From assembly GCA_965237525.1 (NCBI GenBank), contig CBDEFO010000008.1, forward strand, positions 480,001 to 544,000: a DNA stretch of 64,000 nucleotides. The letters run 5' to 3'. Below the pieces are notes generated by a model. It was given only the letters and a program-made list of their open reading frames with translations. It did not search any database and was not told the DNA's origin. Positions 42,791-53,398 of the stretch are shown one piece after another. Made by a program: the position numbers and the translations under genes. The first letter of the stretch is position 1, and every line of letters starts with the position of its first letter. This DNA is from Candidatus Latescibacterota bacterium. GTDB lineage: Bacteria; Latescibacterota; CBDEFO01.

Positions 42791-43064
42791 AAGTTTTTGT
42801 GCCTCACTGAGGCTATTATCTTTTAACCTCTTCTATCTTACCTTTGCTCTATGGGTACTTCCGGGGGCACTTCCGGTCCTGATGGATAATATTGCCTTCA
42901 CTGTCAAAGACTTCGTGCCATGTTTCCCTGGTCTTTTCAACCTTATCTATCTTTTTCCTTATACTACTTCGTTCCCCTTTTCTCCGTAATTTCCACTTTC
43001 ACCTGATCTCAGTTCTGCCTCCATCAGAGTGCTTTATGACTTCGTCAGGCTTCCACGATGCCAT

Positions 43065-43664
43065 TTAGGTTTGTCTCAGCACCCCTTTGATGATCTGTTG
43101 CGCAGAAAGCCCGTTTCCACTTTTTTTTATCATCTTTGCCACAGCGCGCCTTGCCTCTATATCATCCATCCCCAGTGTCCTAAGAGCCAACAGAGCCTCC
43201 TGTTCAGGGCCTATTTCACCCTCAGCGTCTGAAAGAATCGGCGCTTCGATTCCAAAATCAATCTTTCCGAACCTCTCTTTCAACTCCATAATAAGCCTTT
43301 GTCCCATCTTCTTCCCCACACCCTGAATAGAGGTGATAGCCCGGATATCTTCTCCTGCCACGGCCATCTTGAAATCCCCAACGGACATTCCGGACAGAAC
43401 AGTCTGAGCTAACCTGGGACCGACTCCCGACACCTTGATCAGGGTCTCGAAAAGCTCCCTTTCATCCTGATCCTTAAAACCGTAAAGTTCAAGCCCATCC
43501 GCCTTAACGTGAAGATATGTGAGGACCCTAATCTGGCTCCCGACGGCACCCAGCTTCTCGTAATACGAAAGAGATATATTCACCCGAAAGCCTACACCCT
43601 TAACATCCACCACAAGACTGGTAGGATCCTTATCAGCAAGCGTCCCCTCTAAATACGAGATCAT
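43065..43664 (-). CDS. ruvA: Holliday junction binding protein RuvA
   Basis: MISYLEG, LYGF, VSGVGPRLA, GVGKK. Confidence 0.96.
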   Translation of the reverse strand: MISYLEGTLADKDPTSLVVDVKGVGFRVNISLSYYEKLGAVGSQIRVLTYLHVKADGLELYGFKDQDERELFETLIKVSGVGPRLAQTVLSGMSVGDFKMAVAGEDIRAITSIQGVGKKMGQRLIMELKERFGKIDFGIEAPILSDAEGEIGPEQEALLALRTLGMDDIEARRAVAKMIKKSGNGLSAQQIIKGVLRQT

Positions 43665-44155
43665 AAGTTCAAGACTTTGAACTTACTGTCCAAAGAGTGA
43701 GCGTGACACAGAGCCACCGCTAAAGCGTCCGAGGCGTCCAGGGGTTTTGGCAGTTCCCGGAGTCCCAGGACATTCATAATCATAAACTGCACCTGCTCCT
43801 TAGACGCTCTTCCCGACCCTACGACAGCCATTTTTACCTCCCTTGGGGTATATTCTGAGATAGGCAGGTTAGAATTTACCGCTGCAAGCAAGATCACGCC
43901 CCTTGCGTGGCCCATCTTCAGCGCCGTTTTGGGATTATCTTTGTAGAACACATCCTCCACGGCAACCTCATCAGGTTTAAGCTCGACTATAACGTCCATC
44001 AGATCAGAATATATTTTGCCCAGCCTTTGTGTAAACGGAGTCTTCGAGCTTGTATGTACGCACCCGCAGCTTATGAATCTGTAGTTCTTTTCTGAGCATT
44101 CAATTATTCCGAAGCCAGTCGTCACACTACCCGGATCGATTCCCAAGATTTTCAA
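43661..44155 (-). CDS. ruvC: Holliday junction resolvase RuvC
   Basis: LGIDPG, AVED, GHARGV, GRASKEQV, DASDALA. Confidence 0.97.
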   Translation of the reverse strand: MKILGIDPGSVTTGFGIIECSEKNYRFISCGCVHTSSKTPFTQRLGKIYSDLMDVIVELKPDEVAVEDVFYKDNPKTALKMGHARGVILLAAVNSNLPISEYTPREVKMAVVGSGRASKEQVQFMIMNVLGLRELPKPLDASDALAVALCHAHSLDSKFKVLNL

Positions 44156-44173
44156 ATCTGTCGCTCCCGATCT

Positions 44174-44932
44174 TTAGATAGCCCGCTCAGCCAGTGTCTT
44201 CAATTCCTCCTCATCGATGTCGAAATTCGAAAACACCCTCTGAACGTCGTCGTGTTCCTCCAGGGCATCCAGCAATCTCAAAGTCTGCTGTGCCCCTTTT
44301 CCTTCCACTTTTACGGTAGCTCGAGGACTCCTTACAAGCTCGGCGTCAGTGTAATTTACGTTCGCCTGCTCCAGTGCCTTCTTTACGGTCTCAAAGCCCT
44401 CAAACGAGGTCATAATCTCAAATGCGTCCTCGACCTCCACAATGTCATCAGCCCCTTGGTCTATGATCATCATCATTAGGTCTTCCTCGTCTTGCCCATC
44501 CTTCTCCACAACGATCAGACCTTTCTGTTCGAATCCCCAGGACACAGATCCCGTCTCTCCCAAATTTCCGTTGTGCTTGGTGAATATATGCCTTATATCT
44601 GCAACAGCTCTGTTTTTGTTGTCCGTAACCACCTCAATAATGACTGCCACGCCGCCCGGACCGTATCCCTCGTACACCACCTCCTCGTAAGACACCCCTT
44701 CAATTTCTCCTGTCCCCCGCTGGATGGCCTTCTCGATATTTGTCTGTGGCATATTGGCCTTCTTTGCCGCCTCTATCGCCGTCCTCAGTCTTGGATTCCC
44801 TGTGGGGTCTCCTCCTTCCTGACGAGCCGCTATTGTTATTTCTTTTATAAGTTTTGAGAAGGTCTTTCCCTTTTGTGCATCCTCTTTGGCTTTTTTGCGC
44901 TTTATTGTGCTCCACTTTGAGTGTCCGGACAT
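44174..44932 (-). CDS. yebC: YebC/PmpR family protein
   Basis: MSGHSKW, NPRLR, YEGYGPGG, TDNKNR, DDVQ. Confidence 0.97.
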   Translation of the reverse strand: MSGHSKWSTIKRKKAKEDAQKGKTFSKLIKEITIAARQEGGDPTGNPRLRTAIEAAKKANMPQTNIEKAIQRGTGEIEGVSYEEVVYEGYGPGGVAVIIEVVTDNKNRAVADIRHIFTKHNGNLGETGSVSWGFEQKGLIVVEKDGQDEEDLMMMIIDQGADDIVEVEDAFEIMTSFEGFETVKKALEQANVNYTDAELVRSPRATVKVEGKGAQQTLRLLDALEEHDDVQRVFSNFDIDEEELKTLAERAI

Positions 44933-45161
44933 ATGCTACCCTCCTAATAGTCAAGTAGACAGTCCCCGATAGATTCAATCGGGGCAAGGGTGAACTACCT
45001 CTCCAATGCTGTCTGCTTAAGTGTGACTGGTCATAGGACAGTCACATTCTTCCAAGTAAAATTTAGTTCAAAAGTCCACTGCATGCAAGCGAAATTCCTA
45101 ATATCAAATTCTGGCTTAGGGTCACTTTTTAGCTGGCGTAAGGAATACAATCTGTTTTTGC

Positions 45162-45728
45162 TTATTTAACCTGTTGCACAATGTAGGGATTCATCGTTTT
45201 TTCTTGTTTCTCAGCGCGGGCCTTAGCCATCACAGATTCGATAAACGGCGTCTTGGCATCAGTGCAGGCTTGGCCTTTGAAACGGTACTTATCAGCTAAT
45301 TCCACCTTCAATTTGTAATACTCCTGAGCTACCTCGGTGTGAGCGCGCAAGAAGTCTCGAAACAGCAGGTGCTGCTCCCAAAAAAATCACTTGTCAATTC
45401 AACCATGTGCACATGCACACGTGCTTCCGGAGTACCCTTGGCCAAGTAGTACCTTTCAGGGATTGGGATTGAGGCACTGGTCCTTAGGAGTATACTCATA
45501 GCCGATGCTCTGAAGCGGCTCAATACACTCCCCTGCATCAGCAAGTTGAGAGACACCGACCATGATGTCGATGGTTGGCTTGGCTCCCAATCCCTGTACT
45601 GCGGTACTTCCTACGTGCTCGATCGCTGCGACTCTATGTCCGATTACGCCAAGAATTCGGCCCTTTTCCTCTTCATACAGGATTGGCCATTGGGAATGGT
45701 AGTCCGCAATTGTGATAGGGGGTCTCAC
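45162..45728 (-). pseudogene. GrpB/UPF0157 nucleotidyltransferase-fold gene with two frameshifts
   Basis: IEHVGSTAV.GL.AKP.IDI in one frame, ERYYLAKG..HVHMV in a second, LLFRDFLRAH..Y.KLK..K..FI in a third. Confidence 0.85.
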
Positions 45729-45756
45729 GTTGCTTTCCTTCTTGAATAATTCTGGC

Positions 45757-45792
45757 AAAAGAAAAGCGACGCTCAGGGTAACCGAACGCCGC
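45757..45792 (-). terminator. Intrinsic terminator after the EF-G paralogue
   Basis: Minus strand GCGGCGTTC..GAGCGTCGC then TTTTCTTTT. Confidence 0.6.
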
Positions 45793-45820
45793 CTCTTTCT
45801 CCAACAACCTGAGGAAAATC

Positions 45821-47908
45821 TTATCCCTCCTCCTTTTGTCTTTTGGCGTCAGCTATCACCTTTTCACTTAATTCATGAGGCACTCGCTCATAGTGGGAGA
45901 ACTTCCTCGTGTGGAGCCCCCTTCCTTGAGTCATCGATCTTAAAGCGGTGGAATACTTATAAAGTTCAGCAAGGGGGACCTGCCCTCTGATAGTCTGGAA
46001 ATTACCGTTCGTATCCATTCCCTGAATCTTGGCCCTTCTGCTGGATAGGTCTCCCATCCCATCACCCATAAATTCCTCAGGGACTGTCACCTCTACGTCG
46101 TAGATGGGCTCCAGAAGAATCGGCTTTGCACTCATAAACGCCTCCTGGAAAGCCATTGATCCTGCCAGGGAGAACGCCAGGTCCGACGAGTCGACAGAGT
46201 GATAGGTCCCGTCGTATAGCCCTACCTTGAAATCAATTGCCGGATATCCAGCCAGAATGCCCTTTCCCATAGCCTCCACAATGCCTTTTTCCACTGAGGG
46301 AATATACTTGGCAGGGATAGCTCCGCCCCTAATTTCATTCACAAACTCAAACCCTTTGCCTCTTCCCACGGGTTCGATTCTTACATATACCTCGCCGTAC
46401 TGACCCCTCCCTCCGGATTGCTTCTTATATCTGTGCTGAGCCTGAGACTTACCCGTTATAGTCTCCCGATAAGGGATCTTGGGCTCGACAAGAGTTACGT
46501 CGACTCCGAACTTCTGCTTCAGCTTGTTTATGATAACTTCCAGATGTAACTCTCCCTGTCCCAATACGATCATCTGTCTGAGCTCAGGCTCGTATTTTGC
46601 CACAAATGTCGGATCTTCCTCGTGCAGCCTGGACAGTCCAGCGCTAATCTTTTGCTCATCCCCCTTAGACTTGAGTTCCAAAGCCTCATTTATCACTGGT
46701 TCCGGAAGATCTATCTTTGGAAGGATCACAGGAGATTCCCTGTTGCAGAGGGTATCACCCGTGTGAGAGTCCTTCAACTTGACCAGTGCAATCATATCCC
46801 CCGACGTGACGTTTCCTATTTCGTTTCTATCTCGTCCGTTCAGATTATATATTTGTCCGATCCTCTCAACCACACCTTTTGAGGAATTCAACACCTCATC
46901 TCCCGATTTCAATGTCCCCGAATAGAGTCTTATTAACGACAGTTCCCCGACGTGAGGCTCAGACATGGTCTTGAACACAAGGGACGACAGTGGACTACTT
47001 TCCGAAGCTTCAAGCTCCGCATTCTCATCTGTTCCTGGCCTGGTGCCCGAAACAGTCCCAACGTCCACAGGGGAAGGCATGCAATCCGATATTATGTCCA
47101 AAAGGGCACTTGTTCCTACGTTGGTGTAAGCGTCTGTGCACAAAATAGGGAAGATACTCCTGGTGGCTATCCCCTTCCTGAGTCCCAGGATCAGCTCCTC
47201 ATCCGACAGGTCAGTCCCTTCCAGATACTTTTCTAAAAGATCATCATCGCTTTCCGCCACTGCCTCGACCAACTTCTCCCGGAACTCTGAGGCCCTATCC
47301 TTCAATTCCGGAGGTATATGACCCTCTGTGACCTGTTTGCTCCCGTCTCCTGGATACGTTAAAAGCTTCATCTTAAGCACATCCACCAGACCGTTAAATC
47401 CATCTCCCGGATTTAGCGGGATCTGCAGGGGAATAGCCTCTCTTCCGAACCTATTGGAAATTGTGTCGCATGTTCCCTCAAAATTGGCATTTTCTTTGCC
47501 CATCCTATTCAGGACGATCAGGCAGCCGATTCCATAGTCTTGGGTGTACTCCCACACCTTCTCGGTCCCAACTTCGATCCCGGACACGGCATTTATCACC
47601 AGTACAGCCCCGTCCACAGCCCTGAGTGCTCCCACCACCTCACCTATAAAATCGGCATAGCCCGGCGTATCTATGATATTCAGCTTGTTCCCGTTCCGCT
47701 CACAGTGCAGCATCGACGCGCTTATCGAAATTTTCCTTTCGATCTCATCCTGGCTGTAATCCGATAGTGTTGTTCCGTCATCCACTTTGCCCAGACGATT
47801 AGACGCCCCTGCTGTGAACAGCATAGCCTCAGCAAGAGATGTCTTACCCACACTCCCGTGACCTATCAACCCCACATTCCTGATCTCTGAGCTGCCATAT
47901 TCTTTCAC
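45821..47908 (-). CDS. fusA: Elongation factor G paralogue (EF-G2 type)
   Basis: GHGSVGKT, DTPG, GELHLE, KKQSGG.GQY; divergent G2 (ERKISI) and G4 (NRMG); outside the str operon; GTG start after AAGGAGG. Confidence 0.9.
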   Translation of the reverse strand: MKEYGSSEIRNVGLIGHGSVGKTSLAEAMLFTAGASNRLGKVDDGTTLSDYSQDEIERKISISASMLHCERNGNKLNIIDTPGYADFIGEVVGALRAVDGAVLVINAVSGIEVGTEKVWEYTQDYGIGCLIVLNRMGKENANFEGTCDTISNRFGREAIPLQIPLNPGDGFNGLVDVLKMKLLTYPGDGSKQVTEGHIPPELKDRASEFREKLVEAVAESDDDLLEKYLEGTDLSDEELILGLRKGIATRSIFPILCTDAYTNVGTSALLDIISDCMPSPVDVGTVSGTRPGTDENAELEASESSPLSSLVFKTMSEPHVGELSLIRLYSGTLKSGDEVLNSSKGVVERIGQIYNLNGRDRNEIGNVTSGDMIALVKLKDSHTGDTLCNRESPVILPKIDLPEPVINEALELKSKGDEQKISAGLSRLHEEDPTFVAKYEPELRQMIVLGQGELHLEVIINKLKQKFGVDVTLVEPKIPYRETITGKSQAQHRYKKQSGGRGQYGEVYVRIEPVGRGKGFEFVNEIRGGAIPAKYIPSVEKGIVEAMGKGILAGYPAIDFKVGLYDGTYHSVDSSDLAFSLAGSMAFQEAFMSAKPILLEPIYDVEVTVPEEFMGDGMGDLSSRRAKIQGMDTNGNFQTIRGQVPLAELYKYSTALRSMTQGRGLHTRKFSHYERVPHELSEKVIADAKRQKEEG

Positions 47909-47989
47909 AATGACCCCCTCCTTGCCCTTGATCCCCGCTTGAACCCCATCCCCGATTGAATCTATCAGGGACAATTGGGGATGGGGGAA

Positions 47990-48862
47990 CTACTCTTTTT
48001 CAATCTTCGACTTAACGTAATCTATTCCCGCCTTTGAGACCTTCTTTCGCTTCGAGGCCCTATTTCCACCTTCATCCTCAGTTACGATCTCCAGGTAATA
48101 CGACCCATTCTTCTTATAGTAAGTAGCAGACACAAACCCCTCAAACTCAGCGAAGAGTCCAAATTGATCCCTCTCATCCCTATCTATAGACTCCCCTACC
48201 GCTTCGTTTATCGCAAATATCTCTTCCTTTTCGTCTTCTACTTCGCCTTCCACTGTCTTGTCTTCTGTCCCGGTCCCCTCAGATTTATAGTCCTTTTCTT
48301 CTGCATCTTTGTTCTGTTTTGACGCTATTTTTTGCTTTCCTCCTGACCCTAAGATAAAGATCTTAAATCCCAAGTGTTGGATAGATCCGCCTGATATCTG
48401 TGATAGGTCCAGAGGGTCCTTACCTGGGGAAGGACCGGATTCACCGTCCGTCCATATTTCTAAGTCAGCTTCGGCTTGAGCCTTAGAATCCCAAAGGTGC
48501 GCCTTCCACGCCTTTATCGCCTCATCGAAATTAGTATACTCGCCTTCGAACTTTAGATGCTGAAGGGCTGATCCCAATTCAGTTCTATCACCTTCTGATT
48601 CGACCGCTATTTCTATGGGATCTTCGGCAAAGGTGGAAAAGGGAATAATCACAACTTTATCCCCACGGTCCCTGTCCAGGATATACTGAATAAGCGCTGC
48701 CTTCAAAGCCGGCTCAGCCTTCTTCATAGTCCCGCTTACGTCCAGTGCGATATAGTTTACCTCCCTAGAACCGGCAAGTGCGAAGGCAGGGCAAAGCAGG
48801 ATATATATGACCAGCATGATGTGTCTCAAAACTATCCCCTTTTTTGTCCTCGATAGATTCAC
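47990..48862 (-). CDS. Exported vWA-domain protein with acidic linker
   Basis: Signal peptide ..AFALA; MIDAS-like DVSGT, YTNF, WTDG; exact start uncertain. Confidence 0.7.
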   Translation of the reverse strand: MNLSRTKKGIVLRHIMLVIYILLCPAFALAGSREVNYIALDVSGTMKKAEPALKAALIQYILDRDRGDKVVIIPFSTFAEDPIEIAVESEGDRTELGSALQHLKFEGEYTNFDEAIKAWKAHLWDSKAQAEADLEIWTDGESGPSPGKDPLDLSQISGGSIQHLGFKIFILGSGGKQKIASKQNKDAEEKDYKSEGTGTEDKTVEGEVEDEKEEIFAINEAVGESIDRDERDQFGLFAEFEGFVSATYYKKNGSYYLEIVTEDEGGNRASKRKKVSKAGIDYVKSKIEKE

Positions 48863-48956
48863 TCGGGGATTGAATAATGGAACTCCAAAATTCTCTCGAA
48901 CACTAAATTAATATAAATATGCTTCAGTGTCAAGGAACTTTTCTGGTGGTAGATAA

Positions 48957-50588
48957 CTAACTCTGCGCCGTTCTGGATAGCGTCATGAAGTGCTCGTGTT
49001 CTTTTAGTTTCATGATGAATAGTTGTTGACCATTTAGCGATAAATAGGCATATCCTCGAAGATCCTCAATAAATAGAGGTTCGGAGTTAGATAGATTATC
49101 CACAGTGGACTGCTGCTGGTTGACGAACATGTCAGACAGAGCGGGAGGCAGAGGCAGATTGCTCACCTCGTACGTAATAATCCTTGCAGCGCGGTTGCTG
49201 GTGCTACCTTCAAATTTATACTTTACATTATCACTAACCCAGTTAGCTTCAATTTGATCTTCGCTTTGGGTTATTGTCATCTCAATACCGTCAGTTGATT
49301 GCCATACACCCTTAAAATTTGGCAAATCAGGTTTTTCGGGGAAGTAGGCCTCCGCGAACGAAAGGAGAAACTTCTGTTGCTCACTCGCGGAGTTGAGCAT
49401 GAGTTCCTCAGTTTTTGACTCTGTTTCTTCCTTCTCTGAAATCTCTGAAATTGCACTTCCAACGTTTGCATGCACGTCCGTCTGTTGTTTTGCTTTATCG
49501 AGTATCTGCAAAGCCTCCTCCGCGAAGCCTGCGTGTATAAGTCGCTCGGCCAAATTTGACATGGCAAGGGTATTATTAAACTCGGTTGATTTCTTAAGGA
49601 ACTTAACCGCACGCATCGGCATTTCCAAAAGTGCATACGCACGCGCTATATTGTTTAACGCGGCGGCATTATCAGGAGTGAACCGCAGTAGAGTCTTGTA
49701 ATGTAGCAACGTAAGTGCATCAAATTCTCGCTCACTATACGAATATGCTGCTGTGAAGTGCAAATCTGTATCATTAGGTCTGTTTTCAATGGCCTTTTCT
49801 AAGGCGATTGCCTGGAGTTCTAGATCCTGTTTTAGCTCATAAAGTGAGGCAAGACCCTCGTACAGTTTTGCCACTGCGTTGTGGGAAGTTAGTTTTCCAA
49901 GCTCGTTCATAACTTTACCGAAAGCCTCCTTATGCTCCCCACTTTTGAAAAGACAACGGGCAACTGATACTATTGTGCTTGCTCGTTTCTCCTCTTTCTG
50001 AATGTCCTGCGCTGAAATCTCATAAGCTTTGGCAGCCTTCTCAAAGTCACCGGCTTTTTCATAGCAGTGCCCTATAACGTACTGAGCAAAGGAGGATACT
50101 TCCTTCTGTTCGGCTAGGTCCTTCAGTTTACTCATAGCCGACGTATCACTGGCGTAATCGTAGCGAAGCAGAAGATGTCGTATTTCATTTCTAAGTTTCT
50201 CAACGGCGTCGGTTTCCGATTCCTGTATCTTCTTAAAGATCTCTTCTCCTTCCTTGATGTTCCGGGACGAGAAAGCAACAAACATTTTTACTCTCAACTC
50301 ATCTGGTGTCTCTGATTCCAGCTTTAGAACTTCATCAGTCGTTTCTTCGGCTGGACTCTCTGCTCTAGCTTTCTCTGTCAGGTGTGTTTGCGGTTTTGAT
50401 TCTTCCTGTTTGGTTTCTTGATCTTTCGACACTTCAACCTCAGTCAGTCCTCTCTTGAATTTAATCTTAGTAATCTCTGTAATTTCTTGCAGTATATTCC
50501 TTAGTTGTTCCTTAAAAGTTACAATAAAGATAAGGAGCACCACAAGAGCTAGAGGCCAAGCTGTTGCCTTAATCATTTCAGCATCCAT
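48957..50588 (-). CDS. Membrane-anchored TPR-repeat protein
   Basis: N-terminal TM (AWPLALVVLLIF), TPR-like helices (GHCYEKAGDFEKAAKAYE; PDNAAALNNIARAY); GGAGG RBS. Confidence 0.8.
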   Translation of the reverse strand: MDAEMIKATAWPLALVVLLIFIVTFKEQLRNILQEITEITKIKFKRGLTEVEVSKDQETKQEESKPQTHLTEKARAESPAEETTDEVLKLESETPDELRVKMFVAFSSRNIKEGEEIFKKIQESETDAVEKLRNEIRHLLLRYDYASDTSAMSKLKDLAEQKEVSSFAQYVIGHCYEKAGDFEKAAKAYEISAQDIQKEEKRASTIVSVARCLFKSGEHKEAFGKVMNELGKLTSHNAVAKLYEGLASLYELKQDLELQAIALEKAIENRPNDTDLHFTAAYSYSEREFDALTLLHYKTLLRFTPDNAAALNNIARAYALLEMPMRAVKFLKKSTEFNNTLAMSNLAERLIHAGFAEEALQILDKAKQQTDVHANVGSAISEISEKEETESKTEELMLNSASEQQKFLLSFAEAYFPEKPDLPNFKGVWQSTDGIEMTITQSEDQIEANWVSDNVKYKFEGSTSNRAARIITYEVSNLPLPPALSDMFVNQQQSTVDNLSNSEPLFIEDLRGYAYLSLNGQQLFIMKLKEHEHFMTLSRTAQS

Positions 50589-51029
50589 AAAACCTCCGAA
50601 TTACTCTTTTGCACGGTGACAATGAAGCCCTTCTACCCAACGCCGCTCGCAGATAACTCATTATCTCCAGATCGAGGTCCGGGATTCCTACATTAAGTCT
50701 CTGGAGTAATTGTAAAGATAATTGCTGTAATATAGAGAAATTTAGGAAACTTATCAACACTGGATAAGAATAAATGCAAAGTGATAATTACTACTGATTT
50801 GCGGACTATCATAGTGCGTACCTTCTACGCCCGACAGGCCCTATATCTCCCGCAGTTTGATCTCCTCGCTGTTAAGCTCGTACTCCACCACCCCGCTCTT
50901 TGTGTACTCTTTCTCTCTTTGCGAGCTCAAATGAAGTTTGCAAAATCCGCTTGATAGAACACGAAACATTGATTATATTGAGTTTCTAAGCGTATCTTCT
51001 TAAGGGATAGAATTAAACAGGGGTCATCT

Positions 51030-52004
51030 ATGAAATGGAAAGCGATTCTGCAGGTGCTTCTGGGAACAGCTTTAAGCTCCCTCTTTGTCATCCTCGTGCT
51101 TCGCAAGGTGGATTTTGAGGGATTGACACAATCGCTTCAGCAAGCTGAGTATATCTATCTTACACCGGTGGTATTCCTCATTGTCATCGAGTTTTGGATA
51201 AGAGCCTATAGGTGGAAGTACATATTTGCTTCTATTAAAGATATCAAGACGCATAGACTCTTTTCAGCTACCATGATAGGTTTTGGTGCAAACAACGTTC
51301 TTCCCGCAAGATTAGGAGAGATAGTAAGAGCCTACGTCATAGCCAAGATCGAGAACGTAAGCAAAAGTGCCTCATTAGCAACGATCGTGGTGGACCGTCT
51401 CTTTGACGGACTTGCTCTTTTCTTCTTTGCTGCAATCGTTCTTCTGTCCTTCCCTTTTCCGCAATTTCTCAAAGGAGCGGGTATCGGCTTTTTTATCTTC
51501 TACGTGGCGTCTCTTTCTTTCATAACTCTCCTGGGAATAAAGAGGGAGGAGACTCTCAGGGTTGTCAGTTTCATTCTTAACATCTTCCCCCAAGCCGTTT
51601 CAGAGAGGACTATCCGATTCTTCAGGTCATTTTCGGATGGCCTGACGATCTTTGCGGACGGAAGGAGCTTCCTTATAGCCTTTCTACTTTCGCTGCTGAT
51701 GTGGTTTACGGTAGCCTTGATAGCTCAGTGTGTTATTGCGGCCTTCGATTTGGATCTTCCCATCTATGCCGCACTGGTCATTACGATTATCGTCTGCCTC
51801 GGAATAGTGATTCCCTCTGGCCCGGGATTTGTGGGTACGTTCCAGTATTTCTGCATACTGAGCCTGAGACTTTTTGACATCCCCAAAGATTTAGGACTCG
51901 GATTCTCAATAGTCCTTCACGCCATCCAGATAACAGTTATAACACTTTTGGGATTGTTCTACTTCTGGAAGGAGCATCTATCTTTAAGAGACCTTGCCGA
52001 CTAG
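51030..52004 (+). CDS. Lysylphosphatidylglycerol synthase TM-domain / flippase-like protein
   Basis: RAYRW, NNVLPARLGEIVRAY, DRLFD, PSGPGFVG. Confidence 0.9.
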   Translation: MKWKAILQVLLGTALSSLFVILVLRKVDFEGLTQSLQQAEYIYLTPVVFLIVIEFWIRAYRWKYIFASIKDIKTHRLFSATMIGFGANNVLPARLGEIVRAYVIAKIENVSKSASLATIVVDRLFDGLALFFFAAIVLLSFPFPQFLKGAGIGFFIFYVASLSFITLLGIKREETLRVVSFILNIFPQAVSERTIRFFRSFSDGLTIFADGRSFLIAFLLSLLMWFTVALIAQCVIAAFDLDLPIYAALVITIIVCLGIVIPSGPGFVGTFQYFCILSLRLFDIPKDLGLGFSIVLHAIQITVITLLGLFYFWKEHLSLRDLAD

Positions 52005-52123
52005 AGCCAAGAGGTTGAGGAAATTTCGGCTTAATAGGCCCGCAAAAAGGTATGGAGAGATCTTTGGGGAAGAGGACTCTTGGGAAAAAAATGGAATCTC
52101 TTCCTGCTTGAAGCTATCTGAGA

Positions 52124-53326
52124 TCAATCTAGATTCCTGTCATGATCCCACAGGTACTTCGCTCCATCGGGCGTCGTCTCCACAATGTCTTCAATCCTCA
52201 AGCCTATGCCTTGGTCTTTTATATAGATCCCCGGTTCGCAGGAGTGGCATGCTCCCTCTGGCAGCACTACGCCCTCTACGTTAGGGTGCAAGAAAGGAGG
52301 TTCGTGGCTCCTAAGGCCGCTTCCGTGTCCCGTGTGGTGGGGGAAGTATTCGCCGTATCCCGCCTCCGTGATCACCTTCCTTGCAGCGGCGTCTACCTCT
52401 TGACCTGTAGCGCCCGGCTTGTCCGCCTCCATCGCCTTCTTTTGAGCCTCGGCAACTACCTCCCATATTTCTCTTTGTTTTTGGGTCGGTTTTCCAACCG
52501 AGTAGGTGCGCGTCAGGTCAGACCAGTATCCATCTAACATACCGTGCAGTTCGATCACGACTAAGTCCGATTCTTTCACCTTCCTGTGTGTGTTGAAATA
52601 CATCACGCTCCAGGCTGTACCTGTCCTTTGGCCTGTAGCTACATGCGCGAAGCCCCTCCACCTTTTGGCGCCTTCTATGTCTGCGCCCCCCAGTGTGATA
52701 GCCGATTCTACAGCTACGGCTATCTCCGCTTCAGTCATCCCCGGATGGAGTCTTTCTTTGCAGGCTAAGTTCCCCTTTGCCGTCATCTTGGCTGTCTTCC
52801 TCATTTTCTCAAGCTCATAAGGTGTCTTGGCCCCCCTCAGCTCCATTATAAGCTCGCTTCCGTCCACTAAGTGGGCGCTGGTGACCGCCAAACTTATCTC
52901 ATTGTAGAAGTTGCCAACGGACGGCACGGCTATGATGCCGCAGAAGAGCGGAGTCGAGATAACCTCGAAGCTGCCCTCGTAAGCGATTCTCCCTGATGAG
53001 ATGCCGTGCTTATTTGCCTCATCCCTGATGAACTCCGTGATCCGTGCTTTAGGATCGTCACCCTCCAAAGGAAAAGCGGGATAGCGTCTCACATCGTCTG
53101 CCCAGCTGTCTTCTACAAATATTTCATCTTCGTAGGACGCCATAACGCTCACGTCCCCATCCTGAGTCACGAAAGCACAGGGGTTATTTACTCCCATGCT
53201 CGGAAGATAACCGCTAAAATAGAGGATATTCTCAGGTATTCTGACCACAATTCCGTCGAGTTGCTTATCCTTCAACACCCTTTTGATTCTCTCGATCCTT
53301 TCGATATCCGCTGTGCCTGTCGCCAC
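52124..53326 (-). CDS. Xaa-Pro peptidase (M24 family)
   Basis: GYWSDLTRT, HHTGHGSG..HEPP, EPGIY, RIED; creatinase-like N-domain. Confidence 0.92.
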   Translation of the reverse strand: MATGTADIERIERIKRVLKDKQLDGIVVRIPENILYFSGYLPSMGVNNPCAFVTQDGDVSVMASYEDEIFVEDSWADDVRRYPAFPLEGDDPKARITEFIRDEANKHGISSGRIAYEGSFEVISTPLFCGIIAVPSVGNFYNEISLAVTSAHLVDGSELIMELRGAKTPYELEKMRKTAKMTAKGNLACKERLHPGMTEAEIAVAVESAITLGGADIEGAKRWRGFAHVATGQRTGTAWSVMYFNTHRKVKESDLVVIELHGMLDGYWSDLTRTYSVGKPTQKQREIWEVVAEAQKKAMEADKPGATGQEVDAAARKVITEAGYGEYFPHHTGHGSGLRSHEPPFLHPNVEGVVLPEGACHSCEPGIYIKDQGIGLRIEDIVETTPDGAKYLWDHDRNLD

Positions 53327-53398
53327 TTGTGGCCTCCTTTGTTTACAAGGCCTTCTCTATTAAGTCTATCCCCGATAGATTCAATGGCAGATCAATGC

